From: Octopus vulgaris
Lineage: Eukaryota
Direction of reading: 5' to 3'
DNA length: 64,000 nt
NCBI GenBank assembly: GCA_951406725.2
Contig: OX597816.1
Span: 111,786,001 to 111,850,000 of the forward strand
Shown piece after piece: positions 61,544 through 64,000 of this stretch. The notes beneath the pieces were generated by a model that worked only from the letters and a program-made list of their open reading frames with translations, ran no database searches and was not told the DNA's origin. The stretch's first letter is position 1. Every line of letters starts with the position of its first letter. A program made the translations under genes and the position numbers.

Positions 61544-64000
61544 CAAAATGTATCTCACTAAAATAAAGACGGTTCTGCAAGATATCTTCTCGGTTTGTGT
61601 ATCGAAAAGCAGCAAATTAGGGGATTCAGTTTCATTTTTATAGACGATTATTAATAAATAACAAATGCAAAAAGAGACAAAGATGCTATACAGTGAAAAA
61701 AGTATCAAGTATAACCAATATTACATCAGTTTTAAAATTTGATTTATACCTACATTGTTTAATAAAATGAAGTAGCATGAAACGATTGTACTACACTACC
61801 TTGGATATCCTTGTTGTTTATTTTGAGTATATATATATATGCATACTAACGCACACACCAGTGTGTGCGTGTGTGCATGTACATAAATAGACAATACACA
61901 CATGTGTCACTTAAAAATAATCTAGAACTAAGTTGATGAAGACAAATTGTTGTTAAAGTTGAGCACTTAACAAAAGAAAACTAGTCTGCTTTCCTGAAGA
62001 TCTATTACTGTCATAGATGTTTAAGCCTTCGACAAGTAAAATTGAGTTTAATAGTGCCTTGAATCTAGATCTTGTCCTCTGTGCCAGCATTGTCTTCTAC
62101 AGAAGCAATCTCTCATAAATCAACTCCAACTGCACTTTTGATTTGATCTTAACCATGTCTCATGTTTTGTTCTAGTTTTCACATGCAAATTGTGGTTATT
62201 GCCTTCACTTTTTATTTATTCATTTTTGGAAAAACAAAGAAATGAAAACGAATTCACTTGAGATTAAAATATAAACTTGCTATATTTTACCAAAGTTCTC
62301 ACCTTTAATCAAGCTGCCTACAGAATTGAGTTTTCTGTAGAACAAATTTAATTTTGCAAAGTCTAAAATTATACTCAATAAGAACGAACAATATTTTTTT
62401 TTACTTAATTTTTTTATGAATTTTTTTTTTTTTTTTTTTACTATTGTCCATCTCTTTATGGCATTACTGCCTTTTTGCTAATGTAAACGAAAAATAAGTT
62501 TATTGTAAACGAATAAAAAGCAAGAGCAGATATAGAAACAGTCAAAAATATCTTACAATATTTAGATTAGTATTTCATATTTCTGAGTTCAAATGGTCAT
62601 ATTACAGGTGTCTGACATTACTTCTTATTCTTCAACAGAGGGTTAATAAAATAAACACCAGTAATATATTGAGGTTAATTAAATTTGTTTTATCCATTTA
62701 GGTAATAAAATGTAAAACAAAATAAAGGTCTAGTGGATCATAAAAAGAAATCAAATTAAAACATTACACTTCTCACAGCTCTCTGTCCTTGAAAGCCTAT
62801 ATGTTAATGGTTTTGACTTTTACACTGCTGTCATGGTTTGAGGTTTTTTGGGGTTTTTTTTTTTGTTAATGACAGTTCAAGCAGGCTTTCCAATAATACA
62901 GGTCAAATATAGATTTAAGACAGCTTCGTTATGAAGCTTTTAGAATATAAAGAGTTTGCTGCAACGTATTATTTCATTAAATTATTTTCCTTTTGTTTTC
63001 TGAAAGTTTTTCATTATTGTTATTATTGCTGTTTTTTATTTAAATGTGTTACACTGTTTCCACTATTCACGCCTTTTAATAACACTCTACTTTTTTTTTT
63101 ATTCTGTAAACACTCTGAATGGAAGAGGGATATTTTTCTTCCAATTTTTTTTCTATCTTTTTTTTTTCAACATAATCTCTTTACAGATGAACCTGAAAAG
63201 TTAATTCTCAGGTTACCAGACCAAATAAGAAGCTGACAATTTCCTATTAATTTCATCAACTCCACTACTTGTTCTTGTGAGACTTAATAGAAATCTCATT
63301 AATCACACACACACACACAAAAGTGATAGCATGCTACTTTTAGCTGCAAATGATGACAGGAGGAATCAAATTTCCTGGCCCTCTATGTTAGCCTATTAGA
63401 GTAACAAAACCCTCAATGGATTAAATCAAGCAGGTGGCAAGTCTGCTTCCAATCATATCAAAAGGTCTACAATAAAAATGAAAATGAAAATGAAAAAGTG
63501 AAGAAGCAGAATTTTTTTAAACGAAATAAAGAAATAACATTACCACTTTAATCTTTCCATAAATTGATAAATTTGAGATATGCCATTCATCTTTTAGTAT
63601 TAATTTATTTTGTTGTTATTATTCCTCATCTAATTTGCTTCCATTACTTGAATTTAGACTTGGGACTAAAGTGGTAGTTCAATTTTAATTCTTAATGTAC
63701 AGATTTTTTTAATTTAGAATATTCTGTTTGTTTTGTTTTTTTCTTTTCTTTCTCCTTGTGTGTGTGACTGACTGACTGACTATGCCTCAGAAATTCAATC
63801 AAACTGACTTTTTCTCTCTTCACAAAACTGTTTATGATCTCGTAAGGGAGACAGTTGAAGGATTTCTTTTATTTTCTCAACTAATATAACAACTGTCATT
63901 GATCGTTGTAGCACAGTTGAGATTTTCATATTGAGAATACAACTGATCTTGTCCTTAGTGGAAACAGATAAATCATTTGCTTGTAATAAAACAGATCAAT

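Overview
This is AT-rich, microsatellite-dense eukaryotic non-coding DNA. The SINE families, RTE LINE and (TA)n/(CA)n/(GAT)n load suggest an octopus (coleoid cephalopod) genome; this is an inference. No host protein-coding gene could be recognised, and most ORF-track entries are simple-repeat artefacts. Mobile elements present: (1) three tRNA-derived SINE families, several copies with clear TSDs; (2) a near-intact but internally deleted RTE LINE (27.6-30.5 kb) plus many RTE 3' fragments; (3) R4/Dong-type RLE retrotransposon remnants inside (TAA)n; (4) a full-length mariner, a Tc1 and maT-like remnants; (5) piggyBac-type and hAT-type MITEs; (6) a solo LTR with a 4-bp TSD; (7) Helitron remnants. 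There is also a 72-bp x ~16 tandem array with open reading frames on both strands, and one 100-N gap. The most interesting signal is a set of at least seven type I hammerhead-ribozyme-like motifs in apparently unrelated short non-coding elements. Most sit in or next to (TA)n tracts and several have inverted or tandem (fold-back) architecture. Five are packed into 58.1-61.6 kb, one lies downstream of a tRNA-derived Pol III head, and three share a U4->C core variant. This points to a diverse Penelope/retrozyme-like ribozyme-bearing retroelement community. All folds and alignments were done by eye.
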